The notes: generated from the sequence alone by a model not told the origin. Positions 27,876-38,700 are shown, counted from the first letter of the stretch. The stretch: 64,000 nt of DNA from an uncultured Gammaproteobacteria bacterium (GCA_964588145.1 CAZPNL010000002.1:4014-68013); one strand, 5' to 3'. Numbers and translations: made by a program.

Positions 27876-29201
27876 AATTTCTCGGTGCACTGGAAAAATC
27901 ATGTAGTGCTTGGAGCAGCAATCCTACTTATTTTTCTTGGAATTTTTCTCAGGCATCATAATTATAGAACAATTCCTAGACACGGTGCGACTTTTGATGA
28001 ATTTGCTTGGACGTGGCTTGGTATAAACCTGATACAAACGGGTATGCCAAAGTCATGGTCTCCTCACGCTCAATACTCTAATAGAGAACACTTGATTTAT
28101 CAAGGGGCAGCATTTTGGATTGTCTATCCGTATCTGGAACATCCACCACTTTTTGGACTCATTGCTGGAGCCTCCTCACTCGTAAATGGTGCTACGGATA
28201 TGTATACCGTGACACTGCGCACGATGAGACCATTGTCGTTACTGCTTGGAGCCCTCACGCTCATATTATTAGCCATACTTGTCAACAGAATATATGGAAG
28301 AAATGTAATGCTTATAGTCTTAGCAATAGCATCAGTATCACCTACGATTGTAGTGGGCTCACGTATACTACAAAACGAAAACTTTTTTATCCCCATGTGG
28401 CTCCTGGGACTCATAGCGCTCCACACATATATAAAGTCAAATACTATCCGTTGGTATATGGTTTCTCTTTTTTTGGCGTTACTGCTGCCACTAGCAAAGG
28501 TGCCCTGGGTAGTTGCTGGCGCATCGTATGCGTGGATATTATTTGTCCACAAAAGATATACGTTATTTATGCTTATGTGTGCTATGCCCGCTGTTTCGGT
28601 GGGTCTTTATGCACTATATGGTCATCTCTATGATGCAAGGCTATTTGACGGACTACAGCAGTTACAACTGGCGCGGTATGATCTAAAATTTTCATCACTG
28701 TACTCACTGATAACTGATCCACTTATCGTTGACCGGAGATATCTGGATGGATGGATTTATGTAGGCTTTATGAGCATTGTGATGCTTATGCGAAATGCAA
28801 AAAAACATATATTTATCATTATTCCATTTTTTACGTATTTAATAGCCTATCTTGCAGCTATACCAGATGAGCCGCTTCATGGCTGGTATAGGTTTCCGTT
28901 GTATCCATTTTTATGTGTGAGTGCAGGAGTATTTATCTACCAAGAGTTTATAAAGCCAAGCATGGCAAGTGTGCTGTGGATATTGCTAAGTGGACTATCA
29001 TTCCTATCAGAGCCATATATGCGGCAGTATGGGTTTTCTTTACCAATTCTCAGGGTGTTTCTCATTGGCGTAGTAGGAGTTCTCCTTTATTTGTCTAGGG
29101 AATGTGCAAATGAGAGTAGGGGTAGGGGAATGCTTATGACGTTATTTAGTTTAAGCATCATCGGATCAGCTATAGCCTCTTTTGTTTATATAGACTACTA
29201 A
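27867..29201 (+). CDS. Polytopic membrane protein, GT39/PMT_2-like (GT-C-like)
   Basis: 'HGATFDEFAWTWLGINLIQTGMPKSWSP' and 'YLEHPPLFGLIAG'. First ATG is at 27867; in-frame GTGs at 27885 and 27906 are possible. The track start at 27714 would overlap the divergent gene by about 190 nt. Confidence 0.55.
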   Translation: MRHNFSVHWKNHVVLGAAILLIFLGIFLRHHNYRTIPRHGATFDEFAWTWLGINLIQTGMPKSWSPHAQYSNREHLIYQGAAFWIVYPYLEHPPLFGLIAGASSLVNGATDMYTVTLRTMRPLSLLLGALTLILLAILVNRIYGRNVMLIVLAIASVSPTIVVGSRILQNENFFIPMWLLGLIALHTYIKSNTIRWYMVSLFLALLLPLAKVPWVVAGASYAWILFVHKRYTLFMLMCAMPAVSVGLYALYGHLYDARLFDGLQQLQLARYDLKFSSLYSLITDPLIVDRRYLDGWIYVGFMSIVMLMRNAKKHIFIIIPFFTYLIAYLAAIPDEPLHGWYRFPLYPFLCVSAGVFIYQEFIKPSMASVLWILLSGLSFLSEPYMRQYGFSLPILRVFLIGVVGVLLYLSRECANESRGRGMLMTLFSLSIIGSAIASFVYIDY

Positions 29202-30154
29202 TTGTTAGGCTGCTTCCAGTGATATTTTTTCATTTTTGAAATCATATCTTTTATACCATCCTCAATCGTAAATTTGGGAGCATACCCCAAAAGCGCCTTG
29301 GCTTTAGCAATATCGAGTGCACCGCGATATACCTGCTGTATTGTTGGTTCACGTATTTCGTATTCAAAAGTTGGAAAATATGTTTTGACAATTTCAGCAA
29401 ATTCGCTTGCTTCACGCGCTTCGCCCCTAGAAATATTAAATGTTTGACCAACAGCACTGTTTTTTGTTGTGCATAGGACAAATCCGTCAGCTACGTCTTC
29501 GATGTATGAGATGTCCAGTGATTCTCCACGTACGACCCATGCTTTTTTATTGAGGAGCGCTGCGTCAAAGATACGCTGTGTGACGCGATTGGCACAGTCT
29601 GTAAATCCATAGACTGATGTAGGACGCACGATGACCCATTCTTTCTTTGATAGTTTGACAAAATATTCACCAGCTGCTTTACACGCTCCATAATCATTGA
29701 TAGGACTGAGTAGGACATCTTCAGGTTGAGGACTTTTTGTAAAATGCCCATAGGCCATACTTGAAGAAGTATATATAATTTTTTTGGCTGAGCTTGATTC
29801 CTCAAAAGCGCGTACCACATTTAATGTCCCCTGCATATTGATGGGCTGCATCTCATGTATGTATTGGTCAGGTACTCTGGCCATAGGAAGTCCTGCTAGA
29901 TGGATAACTGTGTCAGGTCCAAATGTGCTAAATGCTTGCAGAACACCGTCAAAATCACGTATATCTATGTCAAAAGTGACTTTAGGTTGCTTGAGATATT
30001 TTTGACGAATTTCTAGGCAATAAGCAAAGTAAGTCGGATTTTGGATAAAATTAAGCTTTTTATCAAGTACTGCCACTTCATGACCAAGTTCAATAAGTTT
30101 GGATGCTGTATGTGCTCCTATGAGGCCTACTCCACCGGTGATAAGTATTTTCAT
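29198..30154 (-). CDS. NAD-dependent sugar-nucleotide epimerase/dehydratase (SDR)
   Basis: 'MKILITGGVGLIGAHTASKLIELGHEV', 'YTSSSMAYG' and 'YGACKAAGE'. ATG at 30154 lies 1 nt after the upstream minus-strand stop; the track start at 30172 is a TTG. Confidence 0.75.
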   Translation of the reverse strand: MKILITGGVGLIGAHTASKLIELGHEVAVLDKKLNFIQNPTYFAYCLEIRQKYLKQPKVTFDIDIRDFDGVLQAFSTFGPDTVIHLAGLPMARVPDQYIHEMQPINMQGTLNVVRAFEESSSAKKIIYTSSSMAYGHFTKSPQPEDVLLSPINDYGACKAAGEYFVKLSKKEWVIVRPTSVYGFTDCANRVTQRIFDAALLNKKAWVVRGESLDISYIEDVADGFVLCTTKNSAVGQTFNISRGEAREASEFAEIVKTYFPTFEYEIREPTIQQVYRGALDIAKAKALLGYAPKFTIEDGIKDMISKMKKYHWKQPNN

Positions 30155-30155
30155 A

Positions 30156-30920
30156 TCATTTATTTTTCTCAATTACCATAATAAAGCCTTTTGATATATG
30201 CCAAAATATTGGAAATTTAGCTATAAGGCTAATGCCAATATTCTTTACTATAGCATAAATTCCACCTCTTCCATACCCGATATATTTATTGTTGGGATCA
30301 TCAGGAAGAACAAATTTGTAACTACATGGGTACGAATTAAAAAATGTACACATACCTGGGTACCCTTTTGAGTATGAGGAATCCTCAAATGAATCTTTGC
30401 CTTTTGTGATCTGTAAATATTTATTTGCTATAGGTAGAGGGAGCCATGCGAGAAATGGTAATCCATAGTGCTGCTCAAAAATCCAATATTTGTTTGGTGC
30501 TGTTAGATATATGATTCCGCCCGGCTTAAGCAGTGCAAACATCTTGTCAAATGATTTTTTATGATCTGGCATATGTTCAAATACTGTGAGCGTCACGATC
30601 ATGTCAAATTTTTGTTTTGATACAAAGTCTTCGATTGCTGTGTGATGGTAAGTGATTTTTTTAGACCGTGCATGTTTTTTAGCAAACATATACGCATGAA
30701 CATACGGCTCCACCCCTGTGATGGATTTAAAAAAAGGTGCCATGGCTTCTGTGAATTCACCTCTGCCACTTCCTACGTCAAGTATATTGAGCTGAGAGAG
30801 CTTTTGGGCTCCGAAACGATTTTTGGCTATCTCTACAATATGATCTATTGCTCCTTTTATAATCTCATTTGGCAGAAGACTTAGATGTTCACCATAATAA
30901 TTTAGGGTTTTATTTTTCAT
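30156..30920 (-). CDS. Class I SAM-dependent methyltransferase
   Basis: 254 aa. 'LNILDVGSGRGEF', 'DMIVTLTVFEHM' and 'LKPGGIIYLT'. Confidence 0.8.
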   Translation of the reverse strand: MKNKTLNYYGEHLSLLPNEIIKGAIDHIVEIAKNRFGAQKLSQLNILDVGSGRGEFTEAMAPFFKSITGVEPYVHAYMFAKKHARSKKITYHHTAIEDFVSKQKFDMIVTLTVFEHMPDHKKSFDKMFALLKPGGIIYLTAPNKYWIFEQHYGLPFLAWLPLPIANKYLQITKGKDSFEDSSYSKGYPGMCTFFNSYPCSYKFVLPDDPNNKYIGYGRGGIYAIVKNIGISLIAKFPIFWHISKGFIMVIEKNK

Positions 30921-30923
30921 AGT

Positions 30924-30954
30924 TGTATAATAAGTTAACGATCGTTATTATACA
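30924..30954. promoter_or_regulatory. Palindromic element in a divergent intergenic region, carrying mirror-image TATAAT boxes
   Basis: TGTATAATAA (30924-30933) and TTATTATACA (30945-30954) are perfect 10-nt inverted repeats around an 11-nt spacer, GTTAACGATCG. TATAAT reads on the + strand at 30926-30931 and on the - strand at 30952-30947. Confidence 0.35.
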
Positions 30955-30989
30955 CGATAGGTTATTGGGTTGCTAAAGGAAATTATCTT

Positions 30990-31697
30990 ATGAATACACG
31001 CAGTATGACGTTTTCGGATAGGGATCTGCAGGATCAGGTGGTCCCAGGTCATAGATATCTACACAAATGGATAACTTCAAGTGGTATACCACAAAAAGCC
31101 AAAATTCTAGACATTGGCTGTTGGACAGGGCCCCTAGAGCAAATGTTTGAGCATTCGCAGGTACATATGACCGGAGTTGATATAGATGAGGCACCGCTCA
31201 AGTGGGCACGCACGCGATTTCCTAAGTATGCATTTGTAAAAGCTTCAGTTACCGAAGGGCTTCCTTTTGATGACAAAACATTTGACGTCGTGTGTTTTTT
31301 TATGGTGATAGAGCATGTACTTGCAGGCACAGAGGGGGAGGCGCTCAAAAACATCAGCCGTGTTACCAAAAAGGGTGGTAAGCTTTTTATGAGCACGATG
31401 TTGTCCAATCCTCTCTCAAATGTACTTGATCCAGCGTATTTTCTCACAAGTCACAGACACTACTCCAAAAGTCATTTGACTGAGCTTCTAAACCGTGCAG
31501 GATTTAAAGTCGAGCATGTGTATTTCAATGGTGGCTGGTTTACGACGTTACATATATGGTTATTGTATTTTTTCAAACACATTTTACACCTCAAGGAGCC
31601 TAGGGGGCCATTTATGGACTGGCTTATGAGTCTGGATTATCAAAACAAAGGGTTTTGTGAAATAGAGATCATGGCTACAAAAGTAGCGAGCGTATGA
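30990..31697 (+). CDS. Class I SAM-dependent methyltransferase
   Basis: 235 aa. 'KILDIGCWTGPL', 'DVVCFFMVIEHV' and 'TKKGGKLFMST'. SD-like AAAGGA sits 9 nt upstream of the ATG. Confidence 0.8.
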   Translation: MNTRSMTFSDRDLQDQVVPGHRYLHKWITSSGIPQKAKILDIGCWTGPLEQMFEHSQVHMTGVDIDEAPLKWARTRFPKYAFVKASVTEGLPFDDKTFDVVCFFMVIEHVLAGTEGEALKNISRVTKKGGKLFMSTMLSNPLSNVLDPAYFLTSHRHYSKSHLTELLNRAGFKVEHVYFNGGWFTTLHIWLLYFFKHILHLKEPRGPFMDWLMSLDYQNKGFCEIEIMATKVASV

Positions 31698-32758
31698 AGC
31701 GCGTTTCTATAGTTATAGTAAATTATAATGGCAAAGAGTGGCTAAAAATTTGTCTAGCAACGCTACGAAATATCACATACAAAACTGTCGAAATTATCGT
31801 AGTAGACAATGCATCCTCAGATGAATCTGTTTCATATCTTCATAAAAATTTCCCCAAAGTTATTATTATCGAAAGTAGTACAAATGTAGGATTTGCTCAG
31901 GCAAATAATCTAGGGGTGGCTAGGGCTACTGGTGAGTATGTCCTGCTTCTCAATAATGATACAAAGGTTGCTCCTGATTTTTTAAATCACATGGTCGTAG
32001 CAATGGATAAGGATGAGAGTATAGGGGTTGTACAAAGCGCGATATTTTTACTAGAAGACTCAAAGCGATTTGATAGTATTGGTGCGTTTTTCACCTGGAC
32101 TGGTTTTCTGTATCACTTTGGATACAATCAGATGTACGAAAAAATGTATGACAAACAATTGTTCCTTTACACCGCAAAAGGCGCCTGCATGCTTATTCGT
32201 AAAAAAATAATAGATGAGATTGGGCTATTTCATCCAGAGTATTTTGCATACTTTGAAGAAACTGATTTTTGCCACAGAGTATGGCTCTCTGGTTACAAAG
32301 TGGTGTATGAACCAAGGGCCGTAATATGGCACAAGATGGGTGCAACCTCAAATAGTCTTCCGCAAGCCAATGTACAATTTCATTCTTACAAAAATAGGAT
32401 TCATTCCTATAGTGTAAACCTGGGAGCTATAAAATTATTACAAACGTTACCAATTCATATTGTTCTTTGTCTTGCTATAAGTATGGGATACATTTTGAAA
32501 AGACAACCACAAGTGGGCATGGCGGTGTTACAGGCTGTTTGGTGGAATATACTTCGTATCAGAAAAACTTCCTGTGAACGCAAAAAAATTCAATCATATC
32601 GAATTATATCTGATCAAAGATTTTTGAAAAGACAATCTGTTGTACCTCCATTTTGGTATTTTATATCATTGCTGGTTGACTCGCTAAAAACTTACAAAGA
32701 GCCATTTATTCTAAGGAAATCTATCCTAAATAAAGCAAAATATATAAAAAATTTATGA
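31694..32758 (+). CDS. Glycosyltransferase family 2
   Basis: 354 aa. 'VSIVIVNYNGKEWL', 'IIVVDNASSDES', 'LLLNNDTKV' and 'YFEETDFCHRVWLSGYKVVY'. ATGA overlap upstream. Confidence 0.85.
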   Translation: MKRVSIVIVNYNGKEWLKICLATLRNITYKTVEIIVVDNASSDESVSYLHKNFPKVIIIESSTNVGFAQANNLGVARATGEYVLLLNNDTKVAPDFLNHMVVAMDKDESIGVVQSAIFLLEDSKRFDSIGAFFTWTGFLYHFGYNQMYEKMYDKQLFLYTAKGACMLIRKKIIDEIGLFHPEYFAYFEETDFCHRVWLSGYKVVYEPRAVIWHKMGATSNSLPQANVQFHSYKNRIHSYSVNLGAIKLLQTLPIHIVLCLAISMGYILKRQPQVGMAVLQAVWWNILRIRKTSCERKKIQSYRIISDQRFLKRQSVVPPFWYFISLLVDSLKTYKEPFILRKSILNKAKYIKNL

Positions 32759-35010
32759 AGTTGCTAAATTATGCTTATTCAAGATTACTTAAAAATAATC
32801 TCTATAGTGTGGGAGTTTTAACTATATATTCACTGATTGCAATATATTTTTATAAAAATTCACTACATGCATATTTTCAAAGTGATGAGTGGTATTATTT
32901 TTTGCAATTTTTTCCGCTGTTATCTAATAACAATTGGATTGTTGAGGTATTTAAATCAAGCATATTTAGTGCAAATAGTATATCCGGAGGTGGCCACTTG
33001 ACTCCGATGTATAGTTTCATTTGGGCAGTCCATGTGTATCTATTCGGATTAAATTATGACATGTATATTAAAAGTAGCATACTGCTCCATATTATAAATT
33101 CATTTCTCGTTTATCAATTTTTCCACATATTGTTAAAGAATAAATATATCGCCTTTATTTCTGGATTATTTTTTGTAGCTACTTCCTCACACAGCCAAGC
33201 TGTCACTTGGATCATGGCGTATGTGCCGACACAATTCGCATTTTTGGGCATAATCTTATCGCTTATATGGTATGTGAAAAGTTTTGTACATACCAAGCGA
33301 TCAAATATATATTTATTTCTTTTTACTATTTCTACTATTTTTGCCCTACTTACGAAAGAAACATCAGTTCTAATATTTTTTATCGCACCGTGTCTATGGA
33401 AATATTATTCAAATTCAACCAACAGACGATACAGATCTCTAGTGTTAGTTTTTGTACTTTTGGTGCTTTATGTCTTGTATCGGTTTGGCCTTCCTAAATG
33501 GCTTGGACTTATAGTGACGCAAGGTCCGCAATTCTTACCTACAGATCTGGTGATTTTTCGCATGTTCTCATATCCTCTTCGAATGCTCGTATCAGAATTT
33601 TTGCCTACGTCTTTTTTGATGCAACTTTCTGAATATTTGACAACTGTACAATATCCATATTTTGCCGCAGAAAAAAATGTTCGTGGACTCACATATCTAT
33701 CATTTATAGAGTCTGCTGGCGCAGATATTTATATTTACTCAATCTCGGTGGGGATGGTGATTGGATTGTCTGTTGCTTGGTATAATGCTATCAAAAATAG
33801 AATAAATACATCACTATTATTATTGGGGATAGTCTTATGTAGCGCCGTTGGATCTGCCTGGCCTTTGATATTTATTTCTGCATATGCTCCATGGTGGGGA
33901 TACGTAACATTTATAGATTCCAGACATTTATACGTATTTGGGCTAGGTGGTGCAGCACTGATAGCTTATGCAATTAGCGGCATCATGTCTAAGATGTCAG
34001 TACAACAAAAAAATATACGACCATTAGGATTCATAGTTTTACTCTGTGTCATACTCTGGACTTTCTGGCAGTACAGCCTAGTGGGAGCAGCTATTGCTAA
34101 AGATGTAGACATGGCAAAAGATCGTAAGTATATAACGTCTGAAATACTAAATACTATCCCACGCGATTCAAAAAGTTCCATCATATTATTTCTAAGTGAT
34201 ACGGGCTACTACGGCTTTGATACCAATCCGCCATTTCAAAATTCTCTGGGTGAAATATTGGCAGTACATCTCTACACGAGAAAAATTCTTCCTGTTGATT
34301 TTTTAACTAGTAAATATCTGGTTGGTGCAGATATATTTGGTCAGGGGTATATGGAAAACGGTGGCTTCGCATACGGATTTTACGGTAGAAAAAAAGCTTT
34401 TTTTGAGGACTTAGTTAAATATCGTTTTGATAGTAAAGATGTGTACGCCTTTAGTTGGAATGGCAAAGAGGGCAAGCTTACAAACTCATCAGAGGTTGTC
34501 AGAAACGAAGCGAAACGATATGTGTCAATTTTTGAAACTACGAAAGAGTGGAAAATGGCAACTATCCAAAATGGATTTGCAGCATTTAAAGTTCCTCCTG
34601 AGTTTAATTATCGTGTCCAAAGTGCTGACGCAGGAATTTTAACATATAACGGTATGTCACAAGAATATAATACGCTTTGTCATAATAGGGAAATCATATA
34701 CGAAACTCTCCAAAAAGATGCATCAACGGCATTTCATATCTTTTTAGCGACACAAACTAAGAGCAATGGTGAGCATATAGGAGAAAATTTCAAGGTAAAA
34801 CTTATCACTCCTATAATCGGAAATCCGTATGTAGTGGTGATAGTGCCAGGTGAAAAATATGAATATTATATACCATCTTATTCGGCAAAATCGTATATGA
34901 AAATTACTGCAGATAGCTGTCTCACTGCTGCTGATATAGAGTTTGGGCAAAATGACAATTGGAAGTCAGATGTGCTCTTGCTCCTGCATACTGTAGACTT
35001 AGTAAATTAA
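32755..35010 (+). CDS. Large polytopic membrane protein, TMTC/DUF1736-like N-terminal region (GT-C-like) plus extracytoplasmic C-terminal domain
   Basis: 751 aa. 'FQSDEWYYF...GGGHLTPMYSFIW...HIINSFLVYQFFHILL...FFVATSSHSQAVTWIMAY' parallels 45195..46889 and the C-terminal half of 51623..54607. ATGA overlap upstream. Confidence 0.55.
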   Translation: MKLLNYAYSRLLKNNLYSVGVLTIYSLIAIYFYKNSLHAYFQSDEWYYFLQFFPLLSNNNWIVEVFKSSIFSANSISGGGHLTPMYSFIWAVHVYLFGLNYDMYIKSSILLHIINSFLVYQFFHILLKNKYIAFISGLFFVATSSHSQAVTWIMAYVPTQFAFLGIILSLIWYVKSFVHTKRSNIYLFLFTISTIFALLTKETSVLIFFIAPCLWKYYSNSTNRRYRSLVLVFVLLVLYVLYRFGLPKWLGLIVTQGPQFLPTDLVIFRMFSYPLRMLVSEFLPTSFLMQLSEYLTTVQYPYFAAEKNVRGLTYLSFIESAGADIYIYSISVGMVIGLSVAWYNAIKNRINTSLLLLGIVLCSAVGSAWPLIFISAYAPWWGYVTFIDSRHLYVFGLGGAALIAYAISGIMSKMSVQQKNIRPLGFIVLLCVILWTFWQYSLVGAAIAKDVDMAKDRKYITSEILNTIPRDSKSSIILFLSDTGYYGFDTNPPFQNSLGEILAVHLYTRKILPVDFLTSKYLVGADIFGQGYMENGGFAYGFYGRKKAFFEDLVKYRFDSKDVYAFSWNGKEGKLTNSSEVVRNEAKRYVSIFETTKEWKMATIQNGFAAFKVPPEFNYRVQSADAGILTYNGMSQEYNTLCHNREIIYETLQKDASTAFHIFLATQTKSNGEHIGENFKVKLITPIIGNPYVVVIVPGEKYEYYIPSYSAKSYMKITADSCLTAADIEFGQNDNWKSDVLLLLHTVDLVN

Positions 35011-35048
35011 TGATTTGACCTTGGCTAATTATATACGTTTTGAGTATA

Positions 35049-35735
35049 ATGATGGTTGTGAATACGAAACAAACATTTGAAGACTTTTATTTTTCAGGTT
35101 GGTTTAAACACGCTGTAGGAAATTTTTCACCGTCAGATCTGCAGCTATCGCAGCGATGGTTTTGGGGGTGGCTAGCAGAGTTGAATAAGCACGTTGACGT
35201 GATGCACGGACAGGGTAGATCAGTGCTTGAGATAGGATGTTCCATCGGAGGTGTATCTACCATACTTCATGATCGCGGGTTTGCTGTAACAGCTACAGAC
35301 ATATCAAAAATGGCAATAGCAGGTGCTAAGAAATTATCACCAGAGATAGATTATCGAATTCTAGATGTACAAAAACCTATAGCATTAAAGAAAAAATTTG
35401 ATCTGGTGTTTGCATTTGAGGTAGTTGAGCATCTCAAGTATCCAGAAAAAGCCATCGGGTATATGCGGGACGTACTTAAACCAAATGGCACATTAGTTAT
35501 ATCTACTCCATATCCATATCCTTGGATTTTTCGTGACCCGACTCATATAGCAGTGAAATATCCAGAAGAATGGGTAGAGATGCTTAAGAGACAAAAATTG
35601 CAAAATGTTGCCTACCATAGATTTTCAGTCCTGCCATATTTTTATAGGTACAATAAATATTTTCATTTCAGGTTGCCATTTGCTATACCACTATCGTTTA
35701 TAAATAGTCCAATATTTTTCTTGGGTACAAAATAA
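35049..35735 (+). CDS. Class I SAM-dependent methyltransferase
   Basis: 'VLEIGCSIGGVSTILHDRGF', 'DLVFAFEVVEHL' and 'LKPNGTLVIST'. First ATG is at 35049; the track start at 35040 is a TTG. Confidence 0.8.
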   Translation: MMVVNTKQTFEDFYFSGWFKHAVGNFSPSDLQLSQRWFWGWLAELNKHVDVMHGQGRSVLEIGCSIGGVSTILHDRGFAVTATDISKMAIAGAKKLSPEIDYRILDVQKPIALKKKFDLVFAFEVVEHLKYPEKAIGYMRDVLKPNGTLVISTPYPYPWIFRDPTHIAVKYPEEWVEMLKRQKLQNVAYHRFSVLPYFYRYNKYFHFRLPFAIPLSFINSPIFFLGTK

Positions 35736-38700
35736 TGCTTCGTTTGATCAAAAATAGACAATGGGAGTGGATGGTTATCCTCCTACTTGGGCTTTCCCCA
35801 TTTCTTTGGTTTGATTCTCAGACTGTGATCATGGGGCATGACTCTGGCCTGGTGCTCAATCCCATTGAGCATTTTATTGATCGATTATCCACCTGGACAG
35901 AGCGATTTAATATGGGCGCAGATCAATATTATGCTATACCAGGATTTTTTATCCATGGACTAGATGCGCTAGTCTACTGGTGTACTCACAATATATCTCT
36001 TACCCAAAAAATCACGTTTATATTTTGGTTTGCGTTGCCAGGTCTAACCATGATGCTATTGGTAAAATCTATCGGGCAAAGGTATAAGTTGCCTTACATA
36101 GCTTTGCCTGCATCTATATTTTATATGTTTAATCACTTTCTTCTCCAGGGATGGTTTGTAGCCGAGAGAACCAAGTTTTCCCTCTATGGGGCATTGCCAT
36201 TGTATTTGTACCTATTGTTTGAGTGGTCCGGAAAGCGACTCAGTACGCCTATCACAGCAGTAGCCATATCAGCGGTATTTTTCTTTTTAAACGGGTTGGC
36301 TAGCCCTCCGCTTTTTGGCGGTATACTGCTGGCAACAGTTGTATTTATATTGTTTTATGGCATACTATATCGTCAATTATGGAGGCTAATAGTATTGTTT
36401 TCTTTAGTCATACTGCTAAGCACTATACTGCAAGCTTATTGGCTATTCCCAATGATAGACTTTCTTAAGCATTCATATGCTCAGACTGTTGATCTGTATG
36501 GGGGGAAAGCTGGCATTGCAGGCTGGGTCAAATATATCAGTGAGCAAACATCTCTTTACAACTTATTTCGACTTCAGGGCATACCTGAATGGTATCAAAA
36601 CCCGCTCCATCCATACGCACAAACGATGCTGAATAATCCGTTTTTTTCGGGTATGAATTTTATATTGCCAATCATTGCATTTCTTCCATTATATTTATAT
36701 AGAAAAAATCATAAACTTTTGTTGCTCATTATTTTTTTATCCACGCTTGCACTCATATCAATTGCATTTAGTGCAGGCGCACACCCACCGTTTGGATTAT
36801 TTTACATTTTTTTGATGGAATATGTACCAGGGTTTATCGCGTTTCGTACTCCGTTTTATAAATTCGCACCAGCATTATGGTTTTCATATGCGATACTTAT
36901 CTCACTTTCCATAAATTGGATTGTAGAAAAATGGCGCCACAGGAACAGATGGATACCATTCTTCGTTATTTCTTTTTGGTGCGTTTCCATTCTAGTCTTT
37001 AATTATCCATTTTTCACTGGAGTCTTTTTTGACTATATTCGCGAGCAGAGAACAATGCGGCTTTCAATACCCCAATACGTCACCGAGTATTTTATATGGA
37101 GTCAATCTGCGGATCAGAAACACAAAAGAACTCTCTTTTTGCCTTTGCCAAATCCCGATTCAAGTATTGATGCGTACTCATGGGGATATTGGAGCCTAGC
37201 TCCACTCTCAACACTTGCAAGTAGTGCTAATATTATAAACAGAAGTTATTTTACATCTCCTCTTGAGCAGCAAATAATATCACAGCTGGCAGAGTATCTG
37301 AGAGTTAGCGATCATAGGTGGAAAAAACTATCTCAAATTATTGGCATAGATTATATCGTTGTTCGAAAAGATTTTGCTTGGAATTTACCAAATACTCCAG
37401 GTGAAAATCCACAATTGTATGACAAATTGAGAGATTTGAACGGCATGACTTACATGAAGAGTTTTGGCATGTGGGATGTATACAGTATTGACGCCAAAAC
37501 AAGTCGTATTGAAATTTCTGATACTTTTTCGGTCATAGATTCGCCATCAGGAGATATTCCAAAACTTGTAAGTATGCCAGTTTTTGATGCTACCTTACCA
37601 TTATTGCAGGCTGTCGATGTAAGTCTTCAGGCGTCTGACGACAACATTGCTGCTCGTTACTCTGTAGCAAAATGCAATACCTGTAATTTACAGTGGAAGT
37701 TTATCAATCTAGACTTATATCGACCTCTGCTTACTCAGGATTCAAATGTATACCCACTATATCAATTGTTTCATTCATCCACATCCACAATTACAAGCAA
37801 TAGTTCATTGCAGTTACAACAATTTGCGTACACACTCTTGTCAGATACACTTGGATATCAAAAAGTTCTCGATGAACAAAAGTCAGAAAATAAAGTGAGT
37901 GTTGTACAAGGCGCACTACAAAGATCGCTCAAAAATTTTTCAAGCGCACTGCAAAAAAGTGATATAGCACTTACGACTGAACGCAGAATTGAGATACTCA
38001 GTATTCTTCGAAATATCAAAAGTATTCAAACACAGCTAAAGGCTACAGAGAGTCAAAAAGAATTTGTGTTACAGTATAAAGCTGAGATTGATTCCTTATT
38101 TACTCTTATTGATGAAAAAACCTGGAGGACACAAACTGCTTCTAGTAAAAAGCTTGAATTAACACTTACGAAATCAGGACCATATCATATCTATTATCGT
38201 CCAAATGCTCAACTTGAGTCAGACAGAGTACAAATTGCCGTTAATGGTGTACCCAGGATCGTACAAATGTCTGTGGCAATGGATAATTGGCATGATTTGG
38301 GTATATTTGATTTACCGATGGGCACAAGTCAGATTGAAGTAAATCAGAAAACAGTTAATGAATATGCACAAAAGATGCCAATGATATTTCAAAAAGGTAC
38401 ATTTCTCTGCCAAAAGTCAGACGCCATAAGAGGAAATATGAACGATATTTATAGAATACAGTTCTCGCATACGTCAAAGGATGAATCAGGAGAATTTTAC
38501 ATTTCACTTTTGCCCGAAAGCCTCGAGCCATCAGAGCGTACTGGGCTAGAAAAATTGACCTCAACTAGTCAGGTGAGACAATATACAAATGATTATGCTG
38601 TAGGAGGAAAGCAAAATTTTGTCGTCCATATATGTAACTCAATTACACGTCAAAATATAAGCGCAATTGATCTACATATTTTTGATATATCCATAGTAAA

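Noticed and set aside
28115-28633. A long alternative-frame ORF (172 aa, +) and an antisense ORF (28124-28552, 142 aa) lie inside the GT-C-like gene 27867-29201, so three frames are open at once.
   Set aside because: The translations are compositionally odd (Cys/Trp/His-rich) with no recognisable motifs, whereas the annotated frame gives a coherent multi-TM protein. This stretch is locally GC-richer, which lowers stop-codon frequency. I treat both as shadow ORFs.
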